Below, in pieces: positions 26,986 through 36,628 of a stretch of 64,000 nt of DNA; the stretch's first letter is position 1, and each line of letters starts with the position of its first letter. Where the stretch lies: positions 17,700 through 81,699 of the forward strand of contig JAZOOS010000012.1 of NCBI GenBank assembly GCA_045655185.1, given 5' to 3'. The position numbers were made by a program, and so were the translations under genes. The notes beneath the pieces are model-generated. The model was not told the DNA's origin. It was given only the letters and a program-made list of their open reading frames with translations, and made no database searches. This stretch comes from Eubacteriales bacterium (GTDB lineage: Bacteria > Bacillota > Clostridia > Oscillospirales > CAG-272).

Positions 26986-27570
26986 ATGAACACAACAGAT
27001 GAAAAAACCATTCAACTGATTGATTCCGTTAAAAACGGTGAACGGGCGGCATTTTCCGAGCTTGTCGGGCGATATCGTCCGCTTCTTCTTTCGCTTACTT
27101 CCCGTTTTACCGAGGGGGGGGAGCCCCTTGACAACCAGGAAATGTTCGCGGAGGCGGCGCTCAGTTTTTATCGTGCCGTTCTGCATTATGAGCCGTCGCG
27201 CACGGTAAGCTTTGGTGCTTACGCCAAGGTTTGCGTAACGCACGCCTTGATTACTGAGTATCGAAAGAACCGGAAAGATCATTCGTTGCAGATCACCTCG
27301 CTTGATGAGCTGCAGGAGAACGGGGCGCTTTTTTACGGGTTAGAAGAAGAGAATAACGATCCTGCGGTTCCCCTCATTAAGCAGGAAGAGATCGAAGATC
27401 TTTATCAGCGGGCGGTTGCTTGCCTTTCTTCGTACGAGGCCGCCGTTTTTGATAAATATATTAAGGGATATTCCCAAAAACAAATTGCGTTTGAGCTTTC
27501 TAAAAGCGAAAAGTCGGTTTCAAACGCGATCGGTCGTATGCTCGCAAAGCTGCGGGCAGAACTGCATTAA
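26986..27570 (+). CDS. Sigma-70 family sigma factor, SigH-like
   Basis: Region 2 (SFGAYAKVCVTHALITEYRK) and region 4 (LSSYEAAVFDKYIKGYSQKQIA...SVSNAIGRMLAKLR) parallel B. subtilis SigH; near rlmB as in the Bacillus sigH locus. Confidence 0.65.
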   Translation: MNTTDEKTIQLIDSVKNGERAAFSELVGRYRPLLLSLTSRFTEGGEPLDNQEMFAEAALSFYRAVLHYEPSRTVSFGAYAKVCVTHALITEYRKNRKDHSLQITSLDELQENGALFYGLEEENNDPAVPLIKQEEIEDLYQRAVACLSSYEAAVFDKYIKGYSQKQIAFELSKSEKSVSNAIGRMLAKLRAELH

Positions 27571-27677
27571 TTTGTTTATATGCCCCCGTAGCTTAAAAAG
27601 AGCGTTGGTCACAAAGGTGTCGGTTGAAATCCGTCCAAGGGCAATTATTAACCAATATCAAGAAAGGTAGAAAGCAA

Positions 27678-27956
27678 ATGTTTGAGGACAAAACACTGAA
27701 GTGCAAGGACTGTGGCAGCGATTTCGTGTTCACCGCCGGTGAGCAGGAATTCTATGCAGAAAAGGGCTTCCAGAACGAACCCCAGAGATGCAAGGCCTGC
27801 CGCGATGCCCGCAAGAACGCCGCTAAGGGTGCTCGTGAAATGTTTGACGCTGTTTGCGCCGAATGTGGTAAAGAGTGCAAGGTTCCCTTCAACCCCACCG
27901 AAGGCAAAGCAGTTTATTGCAGCGAGTGCTACGCGAAAAGACGCGCCGAGATGTAA
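27678..27956 (+). CDS. Zinc-ribbon protein (two CxxC...CxxC modules)
   Basis: 92 aa; CKDCG...CKACR and CAECG...CSECY modules; an SD-like aggtag lies upstream. Confidence 0.7.
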   Translation: MFEDKTLKCKDCGSDFVFTAGEQEFYAEKGFQNEPQRCKACRDARKNAAKGAREMFDAVCAECGKECKVPFNPTEGKAVYCSECYAKRRAEM

Positions 27957-27970
27957 TAGATACTTACGGT

Positions 27971-28010
27971 AAAAAGATGCGAAACGGATTTCCGTTTCGC
28001 ATCTTTTTTT
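27971..28010 (+). terminator. Rho-independent terminator
   Basis: agatgcgaaacgg / ccgtttcgcatct stem followed by a 7-T run. Confidence 0.85.
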
Positions 28011-28105
28011 CTTTTCACACCCCCCTCTTTTTTTGAAAAACCCTGTACAAAAGCGAGTAGATATGATATACTTATATAATAAGGTAGAAAAAAGGGGAAA
28101 GCGCC

Positions 28106-28894
28106 ATGGGATATAAACCGAATCAAAAAGCCGAAAGAGTGTTTGCGGCTGCCGAAAGCACACCCGAAAACGGGGTGATCGGCGGGCGCAACGCCGCCAA
28201 GGAAGCCTTGGCCGCAGGGCGAGAGATTGATAAGATCTTTATCGCTAAGGGCGAAAAAGAGGGCTCGATTCTTCCCCTTATTGCCAAAGCGAGGGAGCGT
28301 CGTATACCCGTGATTGAGGCCGACCGTCGTAAGCTTGATTCGCTTTGCGGCCATGCACATCACCAAGGAATCGTGGTTTGCTGTGCCGCTCGTTCGTATT
28401 GCGAGGTAGAGGATATTTTAGCCTACGCCGAGGAAAGAGGGGAGGCCCCTTTTCTTCTTATCGCCGATGGGATCGAGGATCCCCATAACCTTGGCGCCCT
28501 GATCCGCACGGCCGAGTGCTGCGGCGTGCATGGCTTGATCCTGCCGAAGCGTCATTCGGTGGGACTTACCGCGGTTGCCGCCAAGGCGTCTGCCGGTGCC
28601 ATTGAGCATTTGCGTATTGCCCGTGTTTCGAATCTTGCCTGTACGGTAGACGAATTGAAGAAAAAGGGAATCTGGTTTTATGCCGCGGATATGGACGGAG
28701 AGAATTATACCGCGCTTGATTACCGCGGTCCCGCCGGCCTGGTACTTGGAAGCGAGGGATTCGGTATTTCTCGCCTGCTTCGCGAAAAGTGCGATTTCGT
28801 TACTTCAATCCCCCTATATGGAAAGGTAAATTCGTTAAACGTTTCCGCTGCCGGTGCCGTTTTGCTTTGTGAAATGGCCCGCCAACGTCATTAA
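28106..28894 (+). CDS. rlmB: 23S rRNA (guanosine2251-2'-O)-methyltransferase, SpoU/TrmH family
   Basis: 262 aa; SpoU motifs DGIEDPHNLGALIRTA and LVLGSEGFGIS. Confidence 0.85.
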   Translation: MGYKPNQKAERVFAAAESTPENGVIGGRNAAKEALAAGREIDKIFIAKGEKEGSILPLIAKARERRIPVIEADRRKLDSLCGHAHHQGIVVCCAARSYCEVEDILAYAEERGEAPFLLIADGIEDPHNLGALIRTAECCGVHGLILPKRHSVGLTAVAAKASAGAIEHLRIARVSNLACTVDELKKKGIWFYAADMDGENYTALDYRGPAGLVLGSEGFGISRLLREKCDFVTSIPLYGKVNSLNVSAAGAVLLCEMARQRH

Positions 28895-28912
28895 AGGAAA
28901 GGAGGAGCTTGT

Positions 28913-31642
28913 ATGACCGAAGAAGAAAAGCAGGGCTTTTCCCCACCCGAGGAAGACCCCGAATACATAAACCGCTTGCTTTCGCTCTTGAAGGAAAGCG
29001 TGGAGGTATATCGCGCCGCGGAAGAGAAAACCGAGAAGAAAAACGAGAAGGCGCAAAAAAACGCACTGATCGAGGTCGAAAAGGTTAAAGAGCCCTCCTT
29101 AGAAGAACAAGCGTTGCCCCCCCAATCAATAGGTGAAAACGAGGGGGCTTTTCCGCATGAAGAATTCCTTTTTCAGCCGCCCGTAGCGTATCCTTCCACC
29201 GAGGAAGAGGTGGCAGAAATTGTCGAAGAGATTGAAGAAAAGGCAGAGCTTAAAATAAGTGAAGATGTTGAAACCTTCGAAGCGGTTGAAGAAATCGAAG
29301 AAATCGGTAAGATCGAAAAAAATGAAGAGATAGACCCGATCGAATCCGCGGAGCAAGCCAAGGAGGAGAGCGAGGAAATTATCCCTCTTATAGAGGATGC
29401 GTTTTTTTCGTCTATTGAAGAGAGTTTCATCGAGGAAGAAGAGGGTCTTCCCGTAAAAAAGGAAGAAGCCCGTCAGAATAAACCCGAGGAATGGGAGGCA
29501 ATCACGTTGGATAGCGAGATCGACGCTTTGATTGCCGAAGGGCGCGAGAAAAAGAGTGAGCGTGAAAATCTTTTTCTAAAAAGGGAAGAGGAACCGGCCG
29601 CCTCGTTCTCTGCTATCGATATTCCGGTTATTCCCGCTGAAGATTTGGAAACGCTGCCGCAAGAGGCTTTTGTTCTTGAAAAAGAAAAAAGCGCTCTTTC
29701 CGAGGAAACGGTCGTTCCCACCCATCGGGTGCGCCGTTTCTCAATGCGGCTTATCAGCCGCCGCAGTACGCAAAAGAAAGAAAGTGCCGTTTTTGTACAA
29801 GATGCTGGCATTTCTTCTCCGCTTCTTTCTCCCTCCGAAGAGGGGAGAGGAGAGGATTTTGTGGGTACGCTTCGCCCACAGGATTTCTTTATCGCCGATA
29901 TGAAGGAGGACGAGAGCCTTCTTGCCGCCAATGGCGAATATGTATCCCGCAACCAGATCGAAAGCATTCTCTCTAAATATGTGAATGAAGAAAAGCAGTT
30001 GGGCATTCGCTTTTTCCTCTCGGTCGTCCTAAGCGTTTTGCTGTTGGTCTTCGAAAATTTGCCGCTCTTTGGGATCAGCCGTTTTTCGCTTTTTGGTATT
30101 ACGCCCGTTGTTTCGGCTTTGCTGGATATCGGGTTGCTTTTGGCTGTCTGCTTCCTTGCCTTCGATGCTTGGAAAGAGGGCTTTTCCGAAATCGCGTCTC
30201 TTAAGATCGGAGAAAGCGGTCTTCTTGTGCTTTCCCTGCTCCTTTCCTTTCTTTTTGGCCTTTTCAATCTTTACGCGGGGCTTGATCTTCTTTGCGCCCT
30301 TCCGGCCGCTTTGTTCGTATCGGTTTCGCTCTATCTGCGTCGTATGCGCTGCAAGGATGAAGTTATTACCTTTACCGAACTTTGCAAATCGGGAGACAAG
30401 CTGGCGGCCGAGGATATTCCCGCCGTATACGCCAGCGAGGAAAGCGCGGCACTCGATAAGCATATCAAGGATGTTGTCCGCATTAAGAAGGTTGGCTTCG
30501 TCAACGGCTATTTTCGCCGCATGAGAAAAAAAAGCGAAGACCTTTCTCTGCACGGGCTTCTCCTCATAATCGGTCTTGCAGGCACTGTTTTGATAACGAT
30601 ACTTTACGCATTTTTGAAAAAGGATAGTACCCAGGCCCATGTTGTCTCGTTGGCCTTTTACCTGCTGTTCCCTCTTCTTTCCACGATCCTCCTCACCGCC
30701 CGTAAAATTCCCTTTCATCATCTTGTCGCTTGCGCCGATGAGATGGGAACGGCGGTTATCGGTGAAAGCTCGGCCGAGGATTACGCCGCGGTCGATGCCA
30801 TTTGCTTTGAGGATGTGGAGGCATATCCCTCCCGTAAGGTGCGCGTTCGCCAGATCAAGATCTACGAGAACGGAAAGCTTGACGACGTACTGTATTATAT
30901 GGCCAGCGTCTTCTCGATCCTCGGTGGGCCGCTTGACGGGGTATTCCGCGTTTCGGCCGCCGAGCTTGGGATTTCGGAGAACATAACGCTTCTTTCCTCT
31001 GCAGCGGACGGATTTGAGGCCTGTGTCGACGGAGTTCGCATCTCGGCCGGTAAATCCACCTTCTTCCCGAAGGAGAAGATCTACGCCTATTACGACGGCG
31101 GGGACGCATTTGAAGAGGATTGCGGCAATATCAGCGTGATGTATGTTTCGGTAGACGGGGTGATCAACGCCAAGTTCTGCATCGAATATACCGTCAGCCA
31201 TCAGTTTGAGCGCAACGCTGCGCGTCTGCGCCGCTATAAGGTAGCGCCGCTTCTTCGCAGCTTTGACCCCAATATTTCCAACCTTCTGTTGCTTCGTACA
31301 CTGCATAATCCCTCGTTGCAGATCCGTGCCGTCCGTAAGCGGGTTGATCAGCTTTACGACTTTGCCGAATCAAGGATCGACAGCGGTCTTATCAGCACCC
31401 GCGGCTCGAAGGAGCTCTTAAAAACTCTCTTTTTGTGCCAGGGCTATCGGCGTGCTTGCCGCATCGGGCGTATTTTGAAAATGGCGGCGGTACCGATCAA
31501 CCTTTTCCTCGGCTTCCTCGTATCGGCCACCCTCAGTCCCCTCTTTTTCTCGGTGTATGTGGCAGCCTTGCAGCTCTTTTGGCTGCTCCCCCCTTATATC
31601 ACCTCTCGAATTTATTTCCAAAAAAGAAAGAAGAAAAAATGA
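28913..31642 (+). CDS. Large membrane protein: acidic Glu-rich N-terminal ~330 aa plus a degenerate P-type-ATPase-like body
   Basis: Good SD (AGGAGGAG). About 6-8 TM helices. The segment EMGTAVIGESSAEDYAAVDAICFEDVEAY aligns by eye with the GILIKGGEALE...VDTVVFDKTGTLT region, but DKTGT is replaced by EDVEA. The reading frame is confident; the function is not. Confidence 0.75.
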   Translation: MTEEEKQGFSPPEEDPEYINRLLSLLKESVEVYRAAEEKTEKKNEKAQKNALIEVEKVKEPSLEEQALPPQSIGENEGAFPHEEFLFQPPVAYPSTEEEVAEIVEEIEEKAELKISEDVETFEAVEEIEEIGKIEKNEEIDPIESAEQAKEESEEIIPLIEDAFFSSIEESFIEEEEGLPVKKEEARQNKPEEWEAITLDSEIDALIAEGREKKSERENLFLKREEEPAASFSAIDIPVIPAEDLETLPQEAFVLEKEKSALSEETVVPTHRVRRFSMRLISRRSTQKKESAVFVQDAGISSPLLSPSEEGRGEDFVGTLRPQDFFIADMKEDESLLAANGEYVSRNQIESILSKYVNEEKQLGIRFFLSVVLSVLLLVFENLPLFGISRFSLFGITPVVSALLDIGLLLAVCFLAFDAWKEGFSEIASLKIGESGLLVLSLLLSFLFGLFNLYAGLDLLCALPAALFVSVSLYLRRMRCKDEVITFTELCKSGDKLAAEDIPAVYASEESAALDKHIKDVVRIKKVGFVNGYFRRMRKKSEDLSLHGLLLIIGLAGTVLITILYAFLKKDSTQAHVVSLAFYLLFPLLSTILLTARKIPFHHLVACADEMGTAVIGESSAEDYAAVDAICFEDVEAYPSRKVRVRQIKIYENGKLDDVLYYMASVFSILGGPLDGVFRVSAAELGISENITLLSSAADGFEACVDGVRISAGKSTFFPKEKIYAYYDGGDAFEEDCGNISVMYVSVDGVINAKFCIEYTVSHQFERNAARLRRYKVAPLLRSFDPNISNLLLLRTLHNPSLQIRAVRKRVDQLYDFAESRIDSGLISTRGSKELLKTLFLCQGYRRACRIGRILKMAAVPINLFLGFLVSATLSPLFFSVYVAALQLFWLLPPYITSRIYFQKRKKKK

Positions 31643-33486
31643 AATTTACCGAATATCCCGAGATCCTTCGCTCAGTACAAAAGCCGGGGCGTTATACGGG
31701 TGGCGAGCTTTTCCAGATCAAAAAAGATAAGAACGCCGTGGATCTTCGCATTGCTTTTTGCTTTCCCGATATTTACGAGATCGGTATGTCCAATCTCGGT
31801 ATGCGCATTCTTTACGATTGCTTAAACGCCGAAGAGGACGTGTATTGCGAGCGTGTATACGCCCCCTGGCCCGATATGGACGAAAAAATGCAGACCTATG
31901 GTCTACCGCTCGTTTCGCACGAAAGCGGGGATCCGCTTCGTGATTTCGGCATCGTGGCCTTCACGCTGCAATACGAGCTTTGCTATACCACGGCGCTCCA
32001 TATGCTGAAGCTTTCGGGTATCCCTCTCTTTTCCGCCGAACGCGGGGAGGAAGAGCCGATCATTCTCGGCGGCGGTCCTTGCGCTTATAATCCCGAGCCG
32101 GTGGCCGATTTCTTCGATATCTTCAGTATCGGCGAGGGGGAAGAGGCGCTTCCCGAGCTTGCAAGGCTTTATATCCGTATGAAAAAGGACGGCAGTTATA
32201 CAAAGACCGCCTTCTTGCACGAGGCCGCGAAGCTCGAGGGCTTTTACGTCCCCTCTCTTTACGAGGTCAGCTATAACAAGGACGGGACCATTAAGGCCTT
32301 TACCCCGAAATACGACGATATTCCGAGGAAGATTCGCAAACGCATTGTCAAGGATCTTGATAAGGCCCGCTATCCCGAAAAGCCGGTTCTGCCGTATATC
32401 GAAACCGTGCATGACCGTTGTATGCTGGAAACCTATCGCGGTTGTATCCGCGGTTGCCGCTTTTGCCAGGCGGGTATGGTATACCGCCCGATCCGCGAAA
32501 AATCGGTGGACGTTCTCTGCGAGCAAGCGAAAACGCTGGTCAAAAACTCGGGCTATGACGAGATCTCACTGATCGCCCTCAGCATCAGCGATTATTCGCA
32601 CGTCGATGAGCTGACCGACCGTCTGCTTGCTTGGACGAACGATAAAAAGGTCAATATCTCGCTACCTTCCTTACGCGTAGACAGCTTTACCAAAGAGCTG
32701 ATGGAGAAGATGGCCTCGGTCCGTATGGGCGGGGTGACCTTCGCCCCCGAGGCGGGGACCCAGCGCCTGCGTGACGTGATCAACAAAAACGTGACCGAAG
32801 AGGATCTTCTGCGTGCTACGGGTATCGCCTTTGAAGCAGGGAAGAACAGCGTAAAGCTTTATTTTATGATGGGTCTTCCTACCGAAAGAAAGGAAGATTT
32901 AGAGGGGATCGCCTCCTTGGGAGAGCACGTGATCGACCGCTATTTCGAGGTACCCAAGGCTCGCCGTGGGCGCGGGATCAGCGTGACCCTCAGCGTCGCT
33001 TGCTTTATCCCCAAGCCCTTCACCCCCTTCCAATGGGAGGCGCAGGACAGTCTTGAAGAATTAAAGGAGAAGCAGGAATACGTAAAGGGCTGCATTCAAA
33101 ACCGTAAGATCACCTATAACTATCACGATGCCTGCGTATCCAAATTAGAGGCGGTCTTTGCCAGAGGTGACCGCCGTCTGTCGCGCGTTTTGGCCTTGGC
33201 GGCCGAAGAGAACCGCACACTTGACGCGTGGGACGAATTTTTCTCCTACGCTGATTGGTGCCGCCTTTTCGAGCAGGCGGGGATTGACCCTTGCTTCTAT
33301 TCGGATCGCGCCCTGGGACTTGATGAGGTGCTTCCGTGGGATATGATCGATTGCGGCGTTTGTAAAAAATTCCTTCTGCGCGAAAGAGAGCGTGCCTACG
33401 GGGAAAAGACTACCCCCTCCTGCGCCGAAGCGTGCAGCGGGTGCGGGGCGGCCGAATTGGGGGATAAAAACAAATGGTGCCATTGA
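31639..33486 (+). CDS. Radical SAM protein (TIGR03960-like)
   Basis: Start MKFTEYPEIL overlaps the upstream stop (ATGA); CxxxCxxC motif CIRGCRFC. Confidence 0.85.
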   Translation: MKFTEYPEILRSVQKPGRYTGGELFQIKKDKNAVDLRIAFCFPDIYEIGMSNLGMRILYDCLNAEEDVYCERVYAPWPDMDEKMQTYGLPLVSHESGDPLRDFGIVAFTLQYELCYTTALHMLKLSGIPLFSAERGEEEPIILGGGPCAYNPEPVADFFDIFSIGEGEEALPELARLYIRMKKDGSYTKTAFLHEAAKLEGFYVPSLYEVSYNKDGTIKAFTPKYDDIPRKIRKRIVKDLDKARYPEKPVLPYIETVHDRCMLETYRGCIRGCRFCQAGMVYRPIREKSVDVLCEQAKTLVKNSGYDEISLIALSISDYSHVDELTDRLLAWTNDKKVNISLPSLRVDSFTKELMEKMASVRMGGVTFAPEAGTQRLRDVINKNVTEEDLLRATGIAFEAGKNSVKLYFMMGLPTERKEDLEGIASLGEHVIDRYFEVPKARRGRGISVTLSVACFIPKPFTPFQWEAQDSLEELKEKQEYVKGCIQNRKITYNYHDACVSKLEAVFARGDRRLSRVLALAAEENRTLDAWDEFFSYADWCRLFEQAGIDPCFYSDRALGLDEVLPWDMIDCGVCKKFLLRERERAYGEKTTPSCAEACSGCGAAELGDKNKWCH

Positions 33487-34208
33487 TCTGTGAATCCTTT
33501 GAGGAAAAGAAAGAATTTTTCGTGATCCGTTTTTGCTTTGAGAAGCGCGGCGCGATCGCGTACGTATCCCACCTTGACCTTCTGCGTACCTTCAATAAGG
33601 CTCTTCTTCGGGCGGATCTTCCGCTTTATTATACCGAGGGCTTTTCCCCGAAGCCGAAGCTTATCTTCGCTACGCCCTTGTCGGTCGGGCAGGAAAGCCT
33701 TTGCGAGTATTTAGACGTGCGCCTTACGGGCGAGGTCGATTTTTCGGCGGCCGCCCGCGCCTTACAAGAGAATCTCCCCGCCGAGCTTCGTCTTTGCGGC
33801 GTGGGGGCGCCTGCCGCCAAGTTTTCTTCGATTGCCTATTCGGACTACGAGATCACGATCAAAACGGCGGGGGCAGACGAGGTGCTTGCAAAAAGGATCG
33901 AAGCCTGCCTCTTGCAAAAGCCGCTTATCGTCTTTAAGCGCTCGAAGGCGGGTGACCGCGATACCGATATCAGCGGCGGCATCCGCGCGCTTTCGGTCTC
34001 TTACGAGGACGGAAGTATTCGTATTGCGGCAACGCTTGCCGCCGACAGCGCGGGCTTTCTCAATCCCGATTATCTCCTTGGCGCTTTGCGCCGCGAGCTT
34101 TCGATCCTATCGACCGATCCGCTTACCGAAAGCGTTCGCATTTTGCGTGTCGGGCTTCGCGACAGAGAGGGAAATCCTTTGGTCGTAGGTGGGGGACCTT
34201 CACTATGA
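33474..34208 (+). CDS. DUF2344/TIGR03936-like radical-SAM-associated protein
   Basis: 244 aa; VSHLDLLRTFNKALLRADLPLYYTEGFSPKPK segment; overlaps the rSAM gene end. Confidence 0.75.
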   Translation: MVPLICESFEEKKEFFVIRFCFEKRGAIAYVSHLDLLRTFNKALLRADLPLYYTEGFSPKPKLIFATPLSVGQESLCEYLDVRLTGEVDFSAAARALQENLPAELRLCGVGAPAAKFSSIAYSDYEITIKTAGADEVLAKRIEACLLQKPLIVFKRSKAGDRDTDISGGIRALSVSYEDGSIRIAATLAADSAGFLNPDYLLGALRRELSILSTDPLTESVRILRVGLRDREGNPLVVGGGPSL

Positions 34209-34864
34209 AAAAGGCGGTCGTATTCGATCTGGACGGCACGCTCTTAGATACCATAGACGATCTTGCCGCGGCCCTCAATTACGCCTTGGAGAAGCACGGC
34301 TTCCCAACGCATAAAAGAGAGGCGGTTCTCGGCTTCGTTGGAAACGGCGTTGCCAACCTCGTCGCGCTGGGGATGGGCCGCTCACAAAAAGACCCCCTCT
34401 TTCCCTCGGTCTTTGAAGATTTTCGCGCGTATTACGGCTTGCATAACACCGACCTTACCCGTCCCTACGAAGGGATCCTGCCCCTGCTTTCTTCGTTACG
34501 CGAGCGGGGGATAAGAATGGCGGTGGTATCCAATAAATACGATGCCGCCGTGAAGGCGCTTGCGGGGCGCTTTTTCGGGGATATGATCCCCCTTGCGATC
34601 GGGGAAGGCCCTACTGTAAAAAGAAAGCCCTCGCCCGACGCGTTGCTTTACGCAATGGATTATCTTGGCGTATTGCCCGAGGAAGTCTGCTACGTCGGGG
34701 ATTCCGAGGTGGATATCGAAACCGCCCGCCGTGCGGGGATCGAATGTCTTTCGGTTCTTTGGGGCTTCCGCACCGAAGCCGAGCTTCTTTCCGCGGGGGC
34801 TACAAAGCTTTTCAATACGCCAAAAGCGCTTGGCACTTTTCTCACAGAAAGTCCTTCGCCGTAA
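34205..34864 (+). CDS. HAD-superfamily hydrolase (phosphoglycolate phosphatase-like)
   Basis: 219 aa; motif I VVFDLDGTLLDT and motif IV YVGDSEVD. Confidence 0.8.
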   Translation: MKKAVVFDLDGTLLDTIDDLAAALNYALEKHGFPTHKREAVLGFVGNGVANLVALGMGRSQKDPLFPSVFEDFRAYYGLHNTDLTRPYEGILPLLSSLRERGIRMAVVSNKYDAAVKALAGRFFGDMIPLAIGEGPTVKRKPSPDALLYAMDYLGVLPEEVCYVGDSEVDIETARRAGIECLSVLWGFRTEAELLSAGATKLFNTPKALGTFLTESPSP

Positions 34865-35207
34865 GGATAAATTCGGTTTTAAGCGATAATAGCCTTTGGC
34901 GAAGCGCGGCGATCTGCAGGGCGTATTCGACCTCGTCGTTTACTTCGACCGCTGCAATGGCCGCCGAGAGCAAAACGAGAAGCTCCTCGGTCTTTTCATG
35001 ACGGATGCAACCATTTAAGAGCCAAAGCCGCCGATTGATATCGCCCTTTATTTCGGTAAGACGAGGGATCGCCTCAGACAATTCTTCGTCCTCGCTCGGC
35101 AGATCCGAGAGATACGCGTCAATTCTTCGGGCGGCGAAGCTGTTCACCGTGATGATCCCCCCAATAAGAAGGGCAAAGACCACAAGGGCCGCAATAAAGG
35201 ATTTCAT
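34842..35207 (-). CDS. DUF4363-like membrane-anchored protein
   Basis: Start MKSFIAALVV overlaps the upstream stop by ATGA; N-terminal TM helix; usual partner of a DUF421 gene. Confidence 0.5.
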   Translation of the reverse strand: MKSFIAALVVFALLIGGIITVNSFAARRIDAYLSDLPSEDEELSEAIPRLTEIKGDINRRLWLLNGCIRHEKTEELLVLLSAAIAAVEVNDEVEYALQIAALRQRLLSLKTEFILTAKDFL

Positions 35208-35881
35208 CCATTCTTCTCCTTTTTCACAAAACAAAGTGTGCCTTCGTCATCGACGGTCAAGAGAAAGACCTCGCTGGGTGGGCACCCTTTTTCTTTGCAG
35301 ACCTTTTTGAGCCACGCCTCGCTTCGCCCGGCCTTCCTGAGGTTATCCTCCCGTATATCTCCGTCACAGATCAGGGGGAAGGCGCAACCCCTTTCACTTA
35401 CCTTGATCGCGCAATCCTTCGGGGTCAAAGGGGCGCTATCCGCTTTTGGAAGTAAAGAAAACTTTCCGTTCGGTTCGAAGATAGCGTAATAAATATCCGA
35501 GAGCGAGGCGTATCCCTGCTGGCGCACCTCACTGAGCAGCTCTTCGATCGTGATGCGCATACGCATCATTTCCGCTTGGTCGATCTTCCCGCGGCATATC
35601 AGCAGGGTTGGCCGTGTTTCAAAGATCTTTTTGAGAAAGTTGAATCGCCCCTTCAGATAGCTGATCACGATCTCGGTCGCCACGATCAGAAAAACGGGGA
35701 TCACGAAGTATAAAAGCGGGATCTCCGGCTCTTCGATCGGAAGCGAGGCGATCTGGGAAAGCAGAAGCGTGGTCACCAGCTCAGACATATCAAGCTCTCC
35801 CACCTGCCGTTTTCCCATCAGGCGGATAACGAGGGTGATGATGATGTATATAAGAAGCGTGCGAAAAAACAGTGTGAACAT
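35204..35881 (-). CDS. DUF421 (YetF-like) membrane protein
   Basis: 225 aa; N-terminus FFRTLLIYIIITLVIRLMGKRQVGELDMSELV is typical of the YetF family. Confidence 0.75.
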   Translation of the reverse strand: MFTLFFRTLLIYIIITLVIRLMGKRQVGELDMSELVTTLLLSQIASLPIEEPEIPLLYFVIPVFLIVATEIVISYLKGRFNFLKKIFETRPTLLICRGKIDQAEMMRMRITIEELLSEVRQQGYASLSDIYYAIFEPNGKFSLLPKADSAPLTPKDCAIKVSERGCAFPLICDGDIREDNLRKAGRSEAWLKKVCKEKGCPPSEVFLLTVDDEGTLCFVKKEKNG

Positions 35882-35933
35882 AAAAAAATCCTCCCCTTCC
35901 AGTATGCTTTAGGGGAGGATTTTTATGTATTTC

Positions 35934-36260
35934 TTATCGGTTTGCGGTCAGCTTGATCAAAAGATCGATATCGTCGGGATCGACCTCGGCGGGGTAAGCC
36001 GCGCGATTTCGTACGCGCGCGCCACAGCTTTCGCATTCATGCGTGATGATATAGCCGCGCTTGGGGTCGGGGTCGCAGAAAAGCGGGCGCAGGGCGCCGC
36101 CGCAGGGGTTGGCGCGATCCCCGGGCATAATATCAACGTGGCGCGAATAAAGACAAAAGGGGCAATGGTTTCGGGAAGTAAATCCCAAGGGGCGAACGGT
36201 TTTGCCGCAATGCAGACAGATAAAGCCGTTGTCATTTTTTGAAAAACGTTTCTGCTCCAT
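35934..36260 (-). CDS. RNHCP-domain zinc-finger protein
   Basis: 108 aa; contains the literal RNHCPFC motif plus CLHCG and CESCG. Confidence 0.75.
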   Translation of the reverse strand: MEQKRFSKNDNGFICLHCGKTVRPLGFTSRNHCPFCLYSRHVDIMPGDRANPCGGALRPLFCDPDPKRGYIITHECESCGARVRNRAAYPAEVDPDDIDLLIKLTANR

Positions 36261-36325
36261 GTATTTCCTTTCCTTACCGATCGATTTCGGTGTATACTAA
36301 ATAAAAATTACGCAAGGGAGGAACT

Positions 36326-36568
36326 ATGAGAAAAATACGGATCTGCCTTTCTTTCTCGTTGGCAGCTTTGCTTTGCGCCGTCTTTTCGGCGCTTCCTACC
36401 GAGGGAGAGACCCTTTTGGTCGCCTCTTTACCCGATGGGAGCGCGATGGCAGGAGAGGCAGGGATCGAGGTGTTTGCCTTGGTGCTGGCTTTGATCGTTG
36501 CGGTCGCGGTGATCACCCTGATCGCCCTGCTTTTGCCGCAGGTGCTGCGGCTTCGCCGCCGAAAATAA
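36326..36568 (+). CDS. Small membrane protein with signal peptide (80 aa)
   Basis: SD AGGGAGG; signal-peptide-like N-terminus, one TM helix, basic tail RLRRRK. Confidence 0.45.
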   Translation: MRKIRICLSFSLAALLCAVFSALPTEGETLLVASLPDGSAMAGEAGIEVFALVLALIVAVAVITLIALLLPQVLRLRRRK

Positions 36569-36589
36569 GCGGCGTATCCCGAATAAGCG

Positions 36590-36627
36590 AGAGCTGTATC
36601 GCATTTGCCGTACAGCTCTTTATTTCT
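36590..36627 (+). terminator. Hairpin terminator between the small gene and mnmE
   Basis: agagctgta / tacagctct stem followed by a T-rich tract. Confidence 0.55.
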
Positions 36628-36628
36628 T

